A DNA stretch of 64,000 nt from a virus (lineage: Duplodnaviria > Caudoviricetes): the IMG/VR virus record IMGVR_UViG_3300028886_000037, positions 128,001-192,000 of that record. One strand, given 5' to 3'. This document shows, piece after piece, positions 33,518 through 43,663 of this stretch. Below the pieces are notes generated by a model. That model was not told the origin of the DNA. It was given only the letters and a program-made list of their open reading frames with translations, and searched no databases. The position numbers and the translations under genes are program-made. The stretch's first letter is position 1, and every line of letters begins with the position of its first letter.

Positions 33518-34441
33518 TTATAGGGTGATGATGAAGGCTTCGTTGTTGTACTCGAACGACTTGAGAGCGCGAAGCTGTCCTTTGTGCGTTTCGGGCTCAT
33601 AGACCCATGTGTGAGGGTCGTCTGGATAGCCGTTCGGGTTACACAGGATCGTGATTTTAAAGCCCTTAGCGTTCGTGTATACCGCCCTTTTGGCCTCATG
33701 CACGTGTCCGCACAGCCAATAGGCGTCATGATCGAAGATCTCGAGGAATTCTCTAGCGTCGAAGTAGAAGACTGCGTTTAGAGGGTCGTTCCTGAAGTCG
33801 AACGAGATCCCAAGCTGGATCGGCGTAAAGTGAGTGACCATGACTTTCGGCTGCATGAGACACAGCGTTCTCATTCTGCTGCTCTCAGCTTCCCACAACG
33901 CGTCTGCGTTGAAGTCTTTTCCTCTCCAGTACTTTCCGTCATACCATGATCTCTTCCAGTACAGCTTCGTTCTCTCTGCCCACGCTGTGTCTGGACAGCA
34001 GCACTTGAAGTCCGGAAAACCCATAGTGCCAGCGATGTCGTCATAGAGCATCTTGTCTAGCACTCTCACGTTTCCGAGTCCATTGCCATACTCTACCAAA
34101 GCGTCGACTTTCTCTTGGCTCGACTTGAATGGCAGGTTGCTCCTACTCGGCGTAGCGTTTCCGCGAACAGTCATGTCGTGATTGCCGATGACGATGTAGA
34201 CCTTCTTGTACTTCTCAGACAGCCACTTGATCGTATAGCATGTTGACTGGTAGTCGTTCGTGATGTCGCCAGGGACGATGATTCCGTCAACATCTGTCGG
34301 GTACTCTCTGAGCTTCCAGATGTAGTCGAGCGTCTCTTGAATTACGCTCTCGTGCGGATCATAGCATTCCCAGCGCTTTCTATCGACTGCCATAGGAAAC
34401 CACAGATCTGTGTGGATGTCGCTTACGACGAAGTATCTCAT
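33518..34441 (-). CDS. calcineurin-like metallophosphoesterase
   Basis: SDIH, GD, GNHD, TH, GHVH. Confidence 0.9.
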   Translation of the reverse strand: MRYFVVSDIHTDLWFPMAVDRKRWECYDPHESVIQETLDYIWKLREYPTDVDGIIVPGDITNDYQSTCYTIKWLSEKYKKVYIVIGNHDMTVRGNATPSRSNLPFKSSQEKVDALVEYGNGLGNVRVLDKMLYDDIAGTMGFPDFKCCCPDTAWAERTKLYWKRSWYDGKYWRGKDFNADALWEAESSRMRTLCLMQPKVMVTHFTPIQLGISFDFRNDPLNAVFYFDAREFLEIFDHDAYWLCGHVHEAKRAVYTNAKGFKITILCNPNGYPDDPHTWVYEPETHKGQLRALKSFEYNNEAFIITL

Positions 34442-34857
34442 TATTCCCTCGGAAGCTTATCGACTGGAACGATCCTCCAAGCGTACTTGCCAGCGTACCA
34501 AGCAGCGAAGCTCTTAGCGTCGTTCATGTCGTTCCACTTCAGAACATCATCCTGAGTGCACTTGTTGCTGAAGAGAAGCTTGTGATTCGTCGGATATGCC
34601 TTCTCTCCTTCGAAGTCCCATTCGATGGTCCATGCTCCTGGCTCAGTCTTGCCGTCATACTCTTCGACTTTGGCTTCAGCCAGAACTCGGATCTCATGGT
34701 CGATCTTCTTGAGGCGTTCCTGGTACTGGATCAGGGCATACTTCACGCCGTCGTTCATCGGAATGCTCTCCGACTTGAGAATCTTGACTGCGAGGTTGAT
34801 CTTCCTCTGCTCAGCTACAAGTTCCTCTCTCTTCTGGATCTGTTCGTTTCTCGTCAT
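34441..34857 (-). CDS. hypothetical protein
   Basis: coupled ORF. Confidence 0.6.
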   Translation of the reverse strand: MTRNEQIQKREELVAEQRKINLAVKILKSESIPMNDGVKYALIQYQERLKKIDHEIRVLAEAKVEEYDGKTEPGAWTIEWDFEGEKAYPTNHKLLFSNKCTQDDVLKWNDMNDAKSFAAWYAGKYAWRIVPVDKLPRE

Positions 34858-35395
34858 GTTCTTTTTCCTTTATAAGTTCGTTCAATCTCTTGTTTTCTCT
34901 CAGCAGCGCTCTAACATCCTTGAACAGAGTGTTGTTAGAGAACTTGTCGTCAAACTCATCACAGAAGTCTTTAAGTCTTACGATCGAGTCTTCCAGAGTG
35001 TCTGGCTCATCCTCGTCTTCGTCGTGCTTCACTAGACTCTCAGCGCACTTTGTGATCTGGTCTGTGTAGTCTTTGAATTTATCAAAGTCGAACCTGACTC
35101 TCTTCTGTCCGTTCATCTCGAAGAACTCAGACATCAAGAAGTCTCTAGCCTTCGGGAACTTGTCAGTGAAGTACTTGTACAGACGCATGTTCGTGTAAGT
35201 GCAGCTGTCTTCCTCTGATTCCCATAAGCGTGTCGTGATAGCGCCGACGATGGCAGTCTTGTAGTACAAGTGCCAGCAGTTTACGCCGTTCAGATGGATG
35301 CACGCTAGATCGAATCCAGCATTTGCGAAGATCAACCTGAAGAGATACGACGTGTCAGTTAGCTTGTCAAATTGAGTCTTCTCTTCTACGGTCAT
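34811..35395 (-). CDS. hypothetical protein
   Basis: coupled ORF. Confidence 0.6.
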   Translation of the reverse strand: MTVEEKTQFDKLTDTSYLFRLIFANAGFDLACIHLNGVNCWHLYYKTAIVGAITTRLWESEEDSCTYTNMRLYKYFTDKFPKARDFLMSEFFEMNGQKRVRFDFDKFKDYTDQITKCAESLVKHDEDEDEPDTLEDSIVRLKDFCDEFDDKFSNNTLFKDVRALLRENKRLNELIKEKEHDEKRTDPEERGTCS

Positions 35396-35841
35396 TTGAG
35401 CTTCAACTCTCTAAATACGAGTTCTTTGAATATGTCCCAGTTCTCTTTGAGCTGAGTGTAGATGTCGATCTTTCGATCTGAGCCATCTTTAGGAGGCCAA
35501 GCCGATACGATCACTTCATACTCGCACTTAGCCCAGAAGTAGTACATGCACTGACGGTCAAGCTGCTTTTCGACAGTGTACTTGATCAGCTCGTCCATGT
35601 TCTTGCATCTCTTGAACTCGATACTCCAGGTCAGCTCTTCTTTGAAGAACTTTCTCAGCTCTGGCTGAATCTCGTCGAATCCGATCTTGTAAGCGTAGAG
35701 CTTTTCGCATTTCCTCAGCTTCTTGATCGTCTTAGACAGCTCTCTCTTGATGACAGACCACTGTCCGAAGTCGAACCAGTTCTGGAACTCGATAGTGTTC
35801 CCGTTGAAGTTCTCGTATAGTACTTTGAATGTAGGTTTCAT
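35392..35841 (-). CDS. hypothetical phage protein
   Basis: MYYFWAKCEYEV..KIDIYTQL. Confidence 0.65.
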   Translation of the reverse strand: MKPTFKVLYENFNGNTIEFQNWFDFGQWSVIKRELSKTIKKLRKCEKLYAYKIGFDEIQPELRKFFKEELTWSIEFKRCKNMDELIKYTVEKQLDRQCMYYFWAKCEYEVIVSAWPPKDGSDRKIDIYTQLKENWDIFKELVFRELKLK

Positions 35842-35909
35842 ATTATGCCTTCCATAGTAAATCTACAAAAATTCCAGCGATTCTGTAAAACCGCTGGACT
35901 TGTAAACTT

Positions 35910-36920
35910 TTATAAACCTAGGATCTTGCTAGCGAGTCTAGAAGCCAGATCGAAATGGATACGGATGCCGCAGTCATCGAGCATCTGCTCCAGCGTCTCA
36001 GCTACGTACTCCTGATCAACATCCTGTGATTCCATCTTCTCGGAGACGTACTCAGCGATGTCACGCGCGTCGTCGTATCTCAGATCTTCGATGTTGTCAT
36101 AGAGAATCTCTGTGATCTTCATCATCTTCTCGAAGTGATAGTCAGCTCCAGATTCCTTGACGAGCTTCTTTCCAGACTTCTTGATAATCTCGTTAGCTTC
36201 AGCGAGCTCGTAGAGACCCTTGTTCTCCTTGAAGTACTCGACGACCTTCTGGACGGAGTTGAACTTGTGCTTGTTTATGACGAACTTGTTGCGGATGAGC
36301 GATACGATCCTGTGGCCGCTAGAGATAGGAATGTCGTTCCACTTCTTGCATGCTTCTTGAGAGAACTCCAGATTAGTCTCCAAGTAGTCGCCCTTGCGGT
36401 TGCTTCTGATGCGGCATGGAAGTCCCAGTTTCTCTAGCTCTTCCTTCAGTTCGTTCAGACTCAGCTGCTCTTCTGCAGGAATCGCGAAGTAGTCAATTCG
36501 CTTCTTGAGACCCATTCTGCGATCTGCGAGAACTTCTGACACAGCGCTAGAAGGACTTTCGTTCTGAAGCCACTTAGTCTCGTACTTGTCTCTTCTACCG
36601 AAGATCGGAAGCCAGCTGACTGGAACCTTTCCGCCAGTTCTCTCGAGCTCCTTGTTCGGGATGATTCCAGCGACCCATGAGCTGTCATAGAGTCCCTCTG
36701 CTTCGATCTGCTTCTTGAACTCTTGGTAAGCATCGAAGCTGAAGTTCTCGTCGTTAAGCTTGAGACAGTAGAACGTGTGGTCTCCGCCGTCAGCAGAGCA
36801 CTTGCCGTTCTGATTCATCAGGTATGTCATGAAAGTGTCGAAGGTCTTCTTCTCGCGCTTCTCGACAACTAGATGACCAGTCGACTCGAGCAGCTTCTTA
36901 GCCTCATCAAATTCGCTCAT
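35910..36920 (-). CDS. late protein, candidate internal head protein
   Basis: EAKKLLESTG and EANEIIKKSG motifs; TATAAATA at 36941. Confidence 0.65.
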   Translation of the reverse strand: MSEFDEAKKLLESTGHLVVEKREKKTFDTFMTYLMNQNGKCSADGGDHTFYCLKLNDENFSFDAYQEFKKQIEAEGLYDSSWVAGIIPNKELERTGGKVPVSWLPIFGRRDKYETKWLQNESPSSAVSEVLADRRMGLKKRIDYFAIPAEEQLSLNELKEELEKLGLPCRIRSNRKGDYLETNLEFSQEACKKWNDIPISSGHRIVSLIRNKFVINKHKFNSVQKVVEYFKENKGLYELAEANEIIKKSGKKLVKESGADYHFEKMMKITEILYDNIEDLRYDDARDIAEYVSEKMESQDVDQEYVAETLEQMLDDCGIRIHFDLASRLASKILGL

Positions 36921-36951
36921 AGAAATTCCTCTTTATAGGATATTTATAGAG

Positions 36952-37119
36952 CTATGCGTACCACTTCTTGATGTCGTGGAACGCCTTTACGATCGAATCT
37001 TCGCCGAGTTGTTCGAGAATGTCGCACAGCAGATTGTCAGCTCTTACGTGTGCGACTTCAGTGTCGGAATTATAGCGAAGCTTGATGAGTTCTTCGAGTT
37101 CACGTTGGAATTTTGTCAT
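36952..37119 (-). CDS. 55-aa phage protein (not in ORF track)
   Basis: MTKFQRELEELIKL..DTEVAHVRADNLLCDIL..KKWYA; early promoter and AAGGA RBS. Confidence 0.65.
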   Translation of the reverse strand: MTKFQRELEELIKLRYNSDTEVAHVRADNLLCDILEQLGEDSIVKAFHDIKKWYA

Positions 37120-37199
37120 AGTTCTGGTCCTTTTGTGAAGTTTGACATAAACAATATAGGTATTTCCAGAGAATTTGTAAACGGTATAAATAAACTAAA

Positions 37200-37952
37200 T
37201 TGAAATTGAGTGATATTATGCTAAGATTATCAGAGTGCATCAACGAAGGTTTCTTCGGAAACGGCTACGACAGATACAAGAGAAAGGTTCTAGACGCGCT
37301 TGCCTCGATCGGAATCGTCATCGACGAAGACAAGATGAAGAAGGCAGAAGACTGGATCCGAGACTTCTACGCTGACAAGATGAACGCCTACGACTGCGCT
37401 TCTGCTGTCAGAGACGAGTTCAGACGCTATAGAGCTCCAGTGACGGAAGCTTTCGAGAACTACGCTACCGAGATCATCAACAGCGCACCGCAGTCTAAGC
37501 GCAAGAACGCAGTAGATCTCATCAAGTCTATGGACAACATCAAGAAGGCTCACTTCGATCACTGCATCATGAGCATCGCCGAGAAAAAGAAGATGGATCC
37601 GAAGGGCGTAGTCAAAGCTAGAGGCTTCGACATCATGGAGCTCGTCAATGACGGAAAGCAGGCGCCGTCTCAGATCGTAGATTCGATCTCCAGACATCTG
37701 CTCGACACTAAAGAGCCCATGTCCGTCAAAGAAGCGCTTGAGATCATCAAAGAGTCTGGAAAGGTCGCATCGATGAGTGACTACATCGACATGGTCAAGG
37801 ATGAGCTCATCAGGATGGACTTTGGAGAATCTTACACAGACAGTCTAGTAGACAGATACTACCGCAAGACGATCGCTTTCTATTTCAACGAGGGTTTCAC
37901 TCCAGAAGAGACAGCAGAACATATTCGTGCTCTTGAAGACGATGAAGCTTAA
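37200..37952 (+). CDS. late protein, candidate internal head protein
   Basis: TATAAATA at 37185; INEG, VTEA, EALEIIKESG. Confidence 0.65.
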   Translation: MKLSDIMLRLSECINEGFFGNGYDRYKRKVLDALASIGIVIDEDKMKKAEDWIRDFYADKMNAYDCASAVRDEFRRYRAPVTEAFENYATEIINSAPQSKRKNAVDLIKSMDNIKKAHFDHCIMSIAEKKKMDPKGVVKARGFDIMELVNDGKQAPSQIVDSISRHLLDTKEPMSVKEALEIIKESGKVASMSDYIDMVKDELIRMDFGESYTDSLVDRYYRKTIAFYFNEGFTPEETAEHIRALEDDEA

Positions 37953-37956
37953 TAGA

Positions 37957-37985
37957 AAAGAGACGGCGAGAAACCGTCTCTTTTT
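37957..37985. terminator. bidirectional terminator
   Basis: AAAAGAGACGG..CCGTCTCTTTT between convergent genes. Confidence 0.8.
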
Positions 37986-38015
37986 GTGTCCAAACCAACT
38001 TTGTTAATAAGTTGT

Positions 38016-39191
38016 TTACATTCTGTCTACAGCATCTTGGTAGATCTTTTCGATCTCGCCACGGAGAATGTCGCCGAAGACGGGACCAGGCTCATAGCCC
38101 TCTGCCTTGAGACGGTCAGAGATTGCAGTCTGGTCGATCTCGATCTTAGCGAGCTGCAGAGCTTCGGGAATCCTCATAGCCCAGTCGGGAAGTTCACGCT
38201 GATCGAGAATGCTGATGAAAGTTTCCCAGTCTCCCTTGACGAACTGAACCATCTCGGTCCAGCTCATCAGTTCCTCTCGATTGGACAAGAATCTCTTATA
38301 CCACTTCAGCTGCTTCTTCTCTTCTCTCGTGAGCAGGCAGAGCTCTGCCTGACGATCCCACTGCTGACTGAACATAGTCATCATCACGAAGACAGAAGTC
38401 TTGCCGAAAGAGGGAGCCCTGAGCGCTGCGACATGAAGAGCGTGCAGATCGATCCATTCGAACATGGGGCAGACGTCCGTGATTCCAGTCTTGCTCAGAA
38501 TGTTGAGGAACAGCTGGAATCCGCACTCTTTGTTCTTGACAGCAGAGATCTCTTTGCGGATTCTCTCGTTAGAGAGACCCTTAGTCAGAGCAGCGTTGTC
38601 CTTCATAGCCTTGTACGTGTCGGGCTCGATCTCGTACCCGAAGTTGACAGCGAAACGTGCGCCACGGAGAATCCGGAGAGAGTCTTCCTTGAATCGCTTG
38701 TCGGGATCACCGACAGCACGCAGAACGTGATCTTCGATGTCGTGAATGCCGTCGAAAGGATCGATGATGTTTCCTTCGCCATCCATGCCCATAGCGTTGA
38801 TCGTGAAGTCACGACGGGCAGCGTCTTCCTTGAAGTCTCTCGTGAAAGCCACAGTGTCTGGATGACGACCGTCAGAGTAGTCGCCGTCAGTACGGAACTG
38901 AGTCACTTCGAACGGATAGCCGTAGATGTTGAAGACCAAGATAGTTCCGTGAGCTTCGCCGTTGTTAGACTCAGTGCGGAAGTTCTTCTTGAGCGCGTCG
39001 ATTGGCATGTTAGTCGCTATGTCCACGTCGTGCAGATCCAAGACGTTAGTCTGGCCGAGCTCGACGCGAACCATGTCTCTCACCGAGCCGCCGACGATGT
39101 AAGCTTCGTGACCGTAGTCGCGGATTCTCTTGCAGAGATCCATAGCGCAGTTGAGCGCAGAAGACTGGAAGCGGTTAGTGTTGATTTTCAT
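38016..39191 (-). CDS. cca: CCA-adding tRNA nucleotidyltransferase (class II)
   Basis: VGGSVRD, DVDIAT, RRDFTINA, EDSLRILRGARF; own early promoter. Confidence 0.9.
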   Translation of the reverse strand: MKINTNRFQSSALNCAMDLCKRIRDYGHEAYIVGGSVRDMVRVELGQTNVLDLHDVDIATNMPIDALKKNFRTESNNGEAHGTILVFNIYGYPFEVTQFRTDGDYSDGRHPDTVAFTRDFKEDAARRDFTINAMGMDGEGNIIDPFDGIHDIEDHVLRAVGDPDKRFKEDSLRILRGARFAVNFGYEIEPDTYKAMKDNAALTKGLSNERIRKEISAVKNKECGFQLFLNILSKTGITDVCPMFEWIDLHALHVAALRAPSFGKTSVFVMMTMFSQQWDRQAELCLLTREEKKQLKWYKRFLSNREELMSWTEMVQFVKGDWETFISILDQRELPDWAMRIPEALQLAKIEIDQTAISDRLKAEGYEPGPVFGDILRGEIEKIYQDAVDRM

Positions 39192-39678
39192 TAGTTGGTC
39201 CTCTTGTTGAAGGTTACGCTTCAAATATATGAAAATCCTGTCTGTTTGTAAATAGCAGTCTTCCATTTTTAGTAATTTTTAGTCCGACATTTTAAGCCGT
39301 AGCGCTGGAACGAAGCACAACTCAATGATGCTGTCGGTAAGCGTGCGCCGTTCGCGATGGAACTCCTCTCGCACGAATGAACGAACATGGAGTATCGAAG
39401 CACGATTGTAGCTATTCGTGCACACAGCCGCCATTAGCGCCTGAAGATGTAGCTGGAATACAGGATGACCGATCCATAAGCTTCAGGGTGAGTCTACTCA
39501 TAAGTCGACGGGCGAAGGAGTCAGCAAAAGACGTTCTTCAGAGGTCAGAGACAGTGAGATTCCTGAATAGGCTCATTGTCTCTGGGCTCTGGATGTAGCA
39601 AAAGAAAGCTCAGCTCCGCTTCGCAACAGAAAAACCTCAGGATCAGATCCTGAGGTTTTGTAAATTTATCGTTACGTG

Positions 39679-40242
39679 TTATGCGATGTCGGTGAGCTTG
39701 TCCCAGCCTTCGGAATGCTGCTTTGGATATGCGTCCTGATATTCCTGGTAAGTCTTTCGCAGATCGTCGTAGTGACGATCGCGGACTTTCACGTCGAGAT
39801 CTAAGACGATCGGTTCAGAGACCTTGATGAGCTTCTTGAAGGACAGAGAGCCGTAAGTCGTGTAGTCGTCGCAGTGACGGATAGCCGTGCGTTCTGCTTC
39901 CTTCTGAGTCTTAGCGTAGACTTCGTCAGTGCGGACAGAGCAGCCGAGCTGCGGGTTGTAGCGGTTGTATTCATAGATCCAGCGGCGTAGCGGATTCTTG
40001 ACCTTGCGCTTCCTTTCACGCTTCGGCTTCTCTTCTAAGCCGTTGATGTTGTCGGCGTTAGCGCAGTTAGCGCCCTTCTCGTTGAGCGGATAGCATCCGA
40101 CTCCCTTGATGATGAAGCAGAGATCTTCGTCGTGTTCGGATACGATCTCAGCGTTGTACTTCTTGAGAAGCTTTGCGAGATCCTTGCGGAAGTCGAGATT
40201 GTCGTTGAGGGTCGGGTGCTGGGAGCGGTCGAGATTGGTCAT
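39679..40242 (-). CDS. hypothetical early protein
   Basis: promoter/RBS block nearly identical to that of the ligase C-half. Confidence 0.65.
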   Translation of the reverse strand: MTNLDRSQHPTLNDNLDFRKDLAKLLKKYNAEIVSEHDEDLCFIIKGVGCYPLNEKGANCANADNINGLEEKPKRERKRKVKNPLRRWIYEYNRYNPQLGCSVRTDEVYAKTQKEAERTAIRHCDDYTTYGSLSFKKLIKVSEPIVLDLDVKVRDRHYDDLRKTYQEYQDAYPKQHSEGWDKLTDIA

Positions 40243-40474
40243 AGTTTTGGTCCTTGTTTTAAGTTTGTATAACAAATATAGGTAAAACTATGAGAAATCT
40301 AAACCCTTTGGATTGAGATTTTCTTGATTTTCTTGACTGTTAGAAGATCCAGATGCCGATCAGGCACAAGATGTTTGATTCTGTACTTTACACTCTGATC
40401 GGGTTGATAGCTTCTGATGATCTCTCGATCTCTGTAGTACTCATCTAATACTTCGTCAGTTAAACTTCCCATAA

Positions 40475-40696
40475 TTATGCCTCTTCTATATCGCCTTCAT
40501 CGCTGATGATAAAGCCTTCAGGAATTATGCCTTCCGTGATTGGAGTTATCTCGGATGATCTTACACGATGTCGAATAGCTAATTTCGCGCTTACGGTCTC
40601 TTTCCATTCGTCCTCAGCAGCTCCATAGCTATCGAACTGCTCTACGAACGCCTCGCCTTTCGGATCTTTGTGAATAAAGAAGTACTTTCTCTGCAT
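40475..40696 (-). CDS. hypothetical protein
   Basis: ORF in operon. Confidence 0.55.
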   Translation of the reverse strand: MQRKYFFIHKDPKGEAFVEQFDSYGAAEDEWKETVSAKLAIRHRVRSSEITPITEGIIPEGFIISDEGDIEEA

Positions 40697-40699
40697 AAC

Positions 40700-42367
40700 C
40701 TATCTCTTACGCTTATCTCTCACTAGGTTTGCGTACTCGACCTGCTGTCCAAGGAACTCATACAGTTCCCCGCGTTCTACAGACTTGATAGAGACTTCCT
40801 TCGGTGCCGCCTTTACGAGCTTCATGCGGATGTCTTCATAGTACTGACGATATTCGATCGTAGTCGAGTTGATGATCATGTCCCAGCGGAATCCGCCATT
40901 TGCTCTTATGCGCTGCTCTTCGTCGTTGAGCTTCGAGTAAGCGATTGCCGTGAATTCCTCTTTTCCACCGACATAGTTAGTGACCTTGATCTGGTCTGGA
41001 TAGTCGGTCATAGCGTCAAGCGCAGTCTGCTTTGCCTCTTCGTAAGTCATTATGCCTTCCTTGTGTGAACTGTTCACCGCCTTTAGGCTGTGAGCTTCTA
41101 GTTTTCGCTTCAACGGAGCCACTTGTGCTAACCCAGTAAAACCGGGAGGCATAGAGGCGGCTACCTCAGCGGAGGCGTGTTCCACGCACTCAGCACGTTT
41201 AGTCGTGCCAAACAAGAGTACATTACAGGCGGAATGCCAATCCCTCGGCTTAGTATAGCCGCAATCGCAGTGATATGTGCGTTCATCCAAGCCAATGGTA
41301 TTTACAGCACCGCAAACTGGGCACATCTTGGTAGTCGGTAACCACTTTGACAGCACGAATGCACGGTCTGTCTTAACAAGCATCTTGATTTTCTGCTTGA
41401 GAGCACCCATACACGAATGCTGAACTTGCTTACCAAACCAAGTCTGGCTCCAGTTCTTAATCTGTTCGTCCTGTATGTAGATGACATCATAATTAGACAC
41501 AAGGTCGTGATAGATTTTGTTGCAGATGTCCTTGCGGATATTCGCAACATGTTCATGCTCACGGGCAAGCTGCTTCCTACAGTTCCACCGCCGCTTGGAG
41601 TCCTTCTCTTTCTTGTGCCTGTTGAGCATCTTGCTCAGGTACTTTAGGTACTCGGTTTCTTGCACTTTGCAATCGTAGGTCTTGTTGTCCGATGTCGTTA
41701 TCGTATTCTTGATGCCGAAGTCCAGACCGACATTCTTTCGAGTGCGGTTTCTCTGCTCCTTCGGCAACATAGTCGTGAGTTTTACATAGTAGCCGGACGC
41801 CTTGCGGATTAGCTTGGCATCTGCTATCTCGTATTCCTCAAACTCTATCTGATGCAAGCCGTTCACCTTCAATTTCCTGAAGCCAGGAATGGTGATATGG
41901 CTTGCATCCAAAATCCTCGTGAAACCTGTAATGATGGGAATGCAGTTCACTTCGCTCTTGAACTTCAACGCGCCGACCTTCATCCCCTTGGCTTTCGCCT
42001 TGGCAAGGTTGACAATATCCGTCTTCTTCTGTGCTACAGTAGCACGATGAAGCACCGATGGTAATGTGACCGTATCCGTTATCGGGTTCTTGCCCTTGTC
42101 GTAGTGGACTACATCCTTGTGTTCGGTGTACTTGTAGTCGAATATACTGTTATCTGGATTGTCCTTCGACAATGACAACATATCGTTGATTACCCACTTC
42201 GCTTCCTTGAAGCACTGGGACAGCTTCTGGAATGTTTCCTTCGGATTGTGCCTTATGGAAACCTTCAGCTCGAACACTCGGCATATCTGCGTCTTACGAC
42301 GGGCATGAGTCTCTGCCATGCTCGCCTTAATCTTTGCCTTTGTATCTTCGCTTCTTACTGCTTCCAT
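40700..42367 (-). CDS. tnpB: TnpB RNA-guided endonuclease reading in frame into a downstream phage gene (MTYEEA, start 41050)
   Basis: VGLDFGIK, PTTKMCPVCG..YHCDCG..RDWHSACN. Confidence 0.9.
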   Translation of the reverse strand: MEAVRSEDTKAKIKASMAETHARRKTQICRVFELKVSIRHNPKETFQKLSQCFKEAKWVINDMLSLSKDNPDNSIFDYKYTEHKDVVHYDKGKNPITDTVTLPSVLHRATVAQKKTDIVNLAKAKAKGMKVGALKFKSEVNCIPIITGFTRILDASHITIPGFRKLKVNGLHQIEFEEYEIADAKLIRKASGYYVKLTTMLPKEQRNRTRKNVGLDFGIKNTITTSDNKTYDCKVQETEYLKYLSKMLNRHKKEKDSKRRWNCRKQLAREHEHVANIRKDICNKIYHDLVSNYDVIYIQDEQIKNWSQTWFGKQVQHSCMGALKQKIKMLVKTDRAFVLSKWLPTTKMCPVCGAVNTIGLDERTYHCDCGYTKPRDWHSACNVLLFGTTKRAECVEHASAEVAASMPPGFTGLAQVAPLKRKLEAHSLKAVNSSHKEGIMTYEEAKQTALDAMTDYPDQIKVTNYVGGKEEFTAIAYSKLNDEEQRIRANGGFRWDMIINSTTIEYRQYYEDIRMKLVKAAPKEVSIKSVERGELYEFLGQQVEYANLVRDKRKR

Positions 42368-42400
42368 AAAATGGTTTCTTGACTATACTTATAGTTTAGA
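41065..42400 (-). mobile_element. non-autonomous IS200/IS605- or IS607-type tnpB element
   Basis: right end GAAGCTCACAGCCTAAAGGCGGTGAACAGTTCAC; no tnpA seen; left end approximate. Confidence 0.7.
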
Positions 42401-42481
42401 ATGTTTACTCAAAAATATAACTATTTTTAGCGTCCATGAAATGTTATTTATTTATTACATTTGCAATCGGTGGGTCTTACC

Positions 42482-42772
42482 CTACGCCTTCCTTGTGTTA
42501 GCGAGGATCACGCCGATCTTCTTTCCCTTCGGCAGTTCTTTTCCAGTGTAAGTTCCGATCTCTTCGATTGACTTGAATCCCTGATACGAGTTCATGCGGA
42601 ACGCAACGCCCACGATCGGCATCTTAGCTTTCTTTGTCTCGTCCCACGGAAGGAATCCCTGATGGAACTCATCTTCGTGTTCACGAATCGTATCTTCGTC
42701 CTTTGCGACCATGACAGCGCTGATGAAGTCATCATAGTCAGAATCCGATAGAAGCACTTTGAAAATCTTCAT
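42482..42772 (-). CDS. hypothetical early protein
   Basis: early promoter and AAGGAG RBS. Confidence 0.65.
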   Translation of the reverse strand: MKIFKVLLSDSDYDDFISAVMVAKDEDTIREHEDEFHQGFLPWDETKKAKMPIVGVAFRMNSYQGFKSIEEIGTYTGKELPKGKKIGVILANTRKA

Positions 42773-42870
42773 ATTTACTCCTTTTGCCTAGTTTGTAATC
42801 AAAATATACGAAAGTTTCTATATTTCGTAAACCGATCATGCTATAAATAAACTGATTATTGAGGAAATTT

Positions 42871-43662
42871 ATGGAATTCACTAAAGCAAAAGAACTTCTA
42901 GAGAGCATGGGCTCAAAAGTCATCTTGGAGAGCTACATTGATCTATTCGGAGTCTTGAAAGTCGATCGAGAGAATCTGAAGAGATCTCAGATCAAACACA
43001 TAAACGATGCAAAGCGTGAGATTCAGACATTCCTAGATGACGAGAACTTCTACGATCATCCGGGTAGAGCGATCGACTACGCAGTCAAGCAGTTGAGAAA
43101 CTATGGAGCATTCACTGGATCCGACATGTCTGATGAGGAGTTCAAGGACAGAGTTGGAATCACCGACAAGCGTGAAGAGTTCCATAAGCAGATCGAAGAC
43201 TTCAAGGCTGCTAACAAGGCTAACAGAGAGCAGTTCGAATCAGATCTCGTCAAGGGCGCAGACATGGAGCTGATCGAGTCAGACGGCTATCGCACTGTCA
43301 TCGCATACAAGGACTTCGATCCGAAGACTATCCGTTTCGACATCGCTTGGACTCACGGAGACCTAGACACTGGCAAGAGACCGTCTATCGATGGACTCTA
43401 TCCGCACGGCTGGGTCGAGCTCGGCTACAGCACTCTTGGACATCGTGAGAACGCGCCAGAGATTCCTAACTGGACTGCTGGAGATCACAGAGTCAAGAAC
43501 TGGCCAGTCACTGCATCGGTAGAAGTTCTCAAAGAGATTCACGACTTCTTGAAGAGCCATCCTGAGGACGTCGAAGATCAGATCGGTTCTGAGAAGGCTA
43601 ACGCAGAAGACATCGCAAGAGATATTGCAAACTACAAGGGACGCAACTGGTCTGGAGACTAA
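42871..43662 (+). CDS. late protein, candidate internal head protein
   Basis: TATAAATA at 42842; KAKELLESMG..ILES. Confidence 0.65.
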   Translation: MEFTKAKELLESMGSKVILESYIDLFGVLKVDRENLKRSQIKHINDAKREIQTFLDDENFYDHPGRAIDYAVKQLRNYGAFTGSDMSDEEFKDRVGITDKREEFHKQIEDFKAANKANREQFESDLVKGADMELIESDGYRTVIAYKDFDPKTIRFDIAWTHGDLDTGKRPSIDGLYPHGWVELGYSTLGHRENAPEIPNWTAGDHRVKNWPVTASVEVLKEIHDFLKSHPEDVEDQIGSEKANAEDIARDIANYKGRNWSGD

Positions 43663-43663
43663 T

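Noticed and set aside
37986-39194. 402-aa plus-strand ORF and similar antisense ORFs (2509, 13215, 31465)
   Set aside because: Shadows of real minus-strand genes caused by codon bias; no motifs or RBS.
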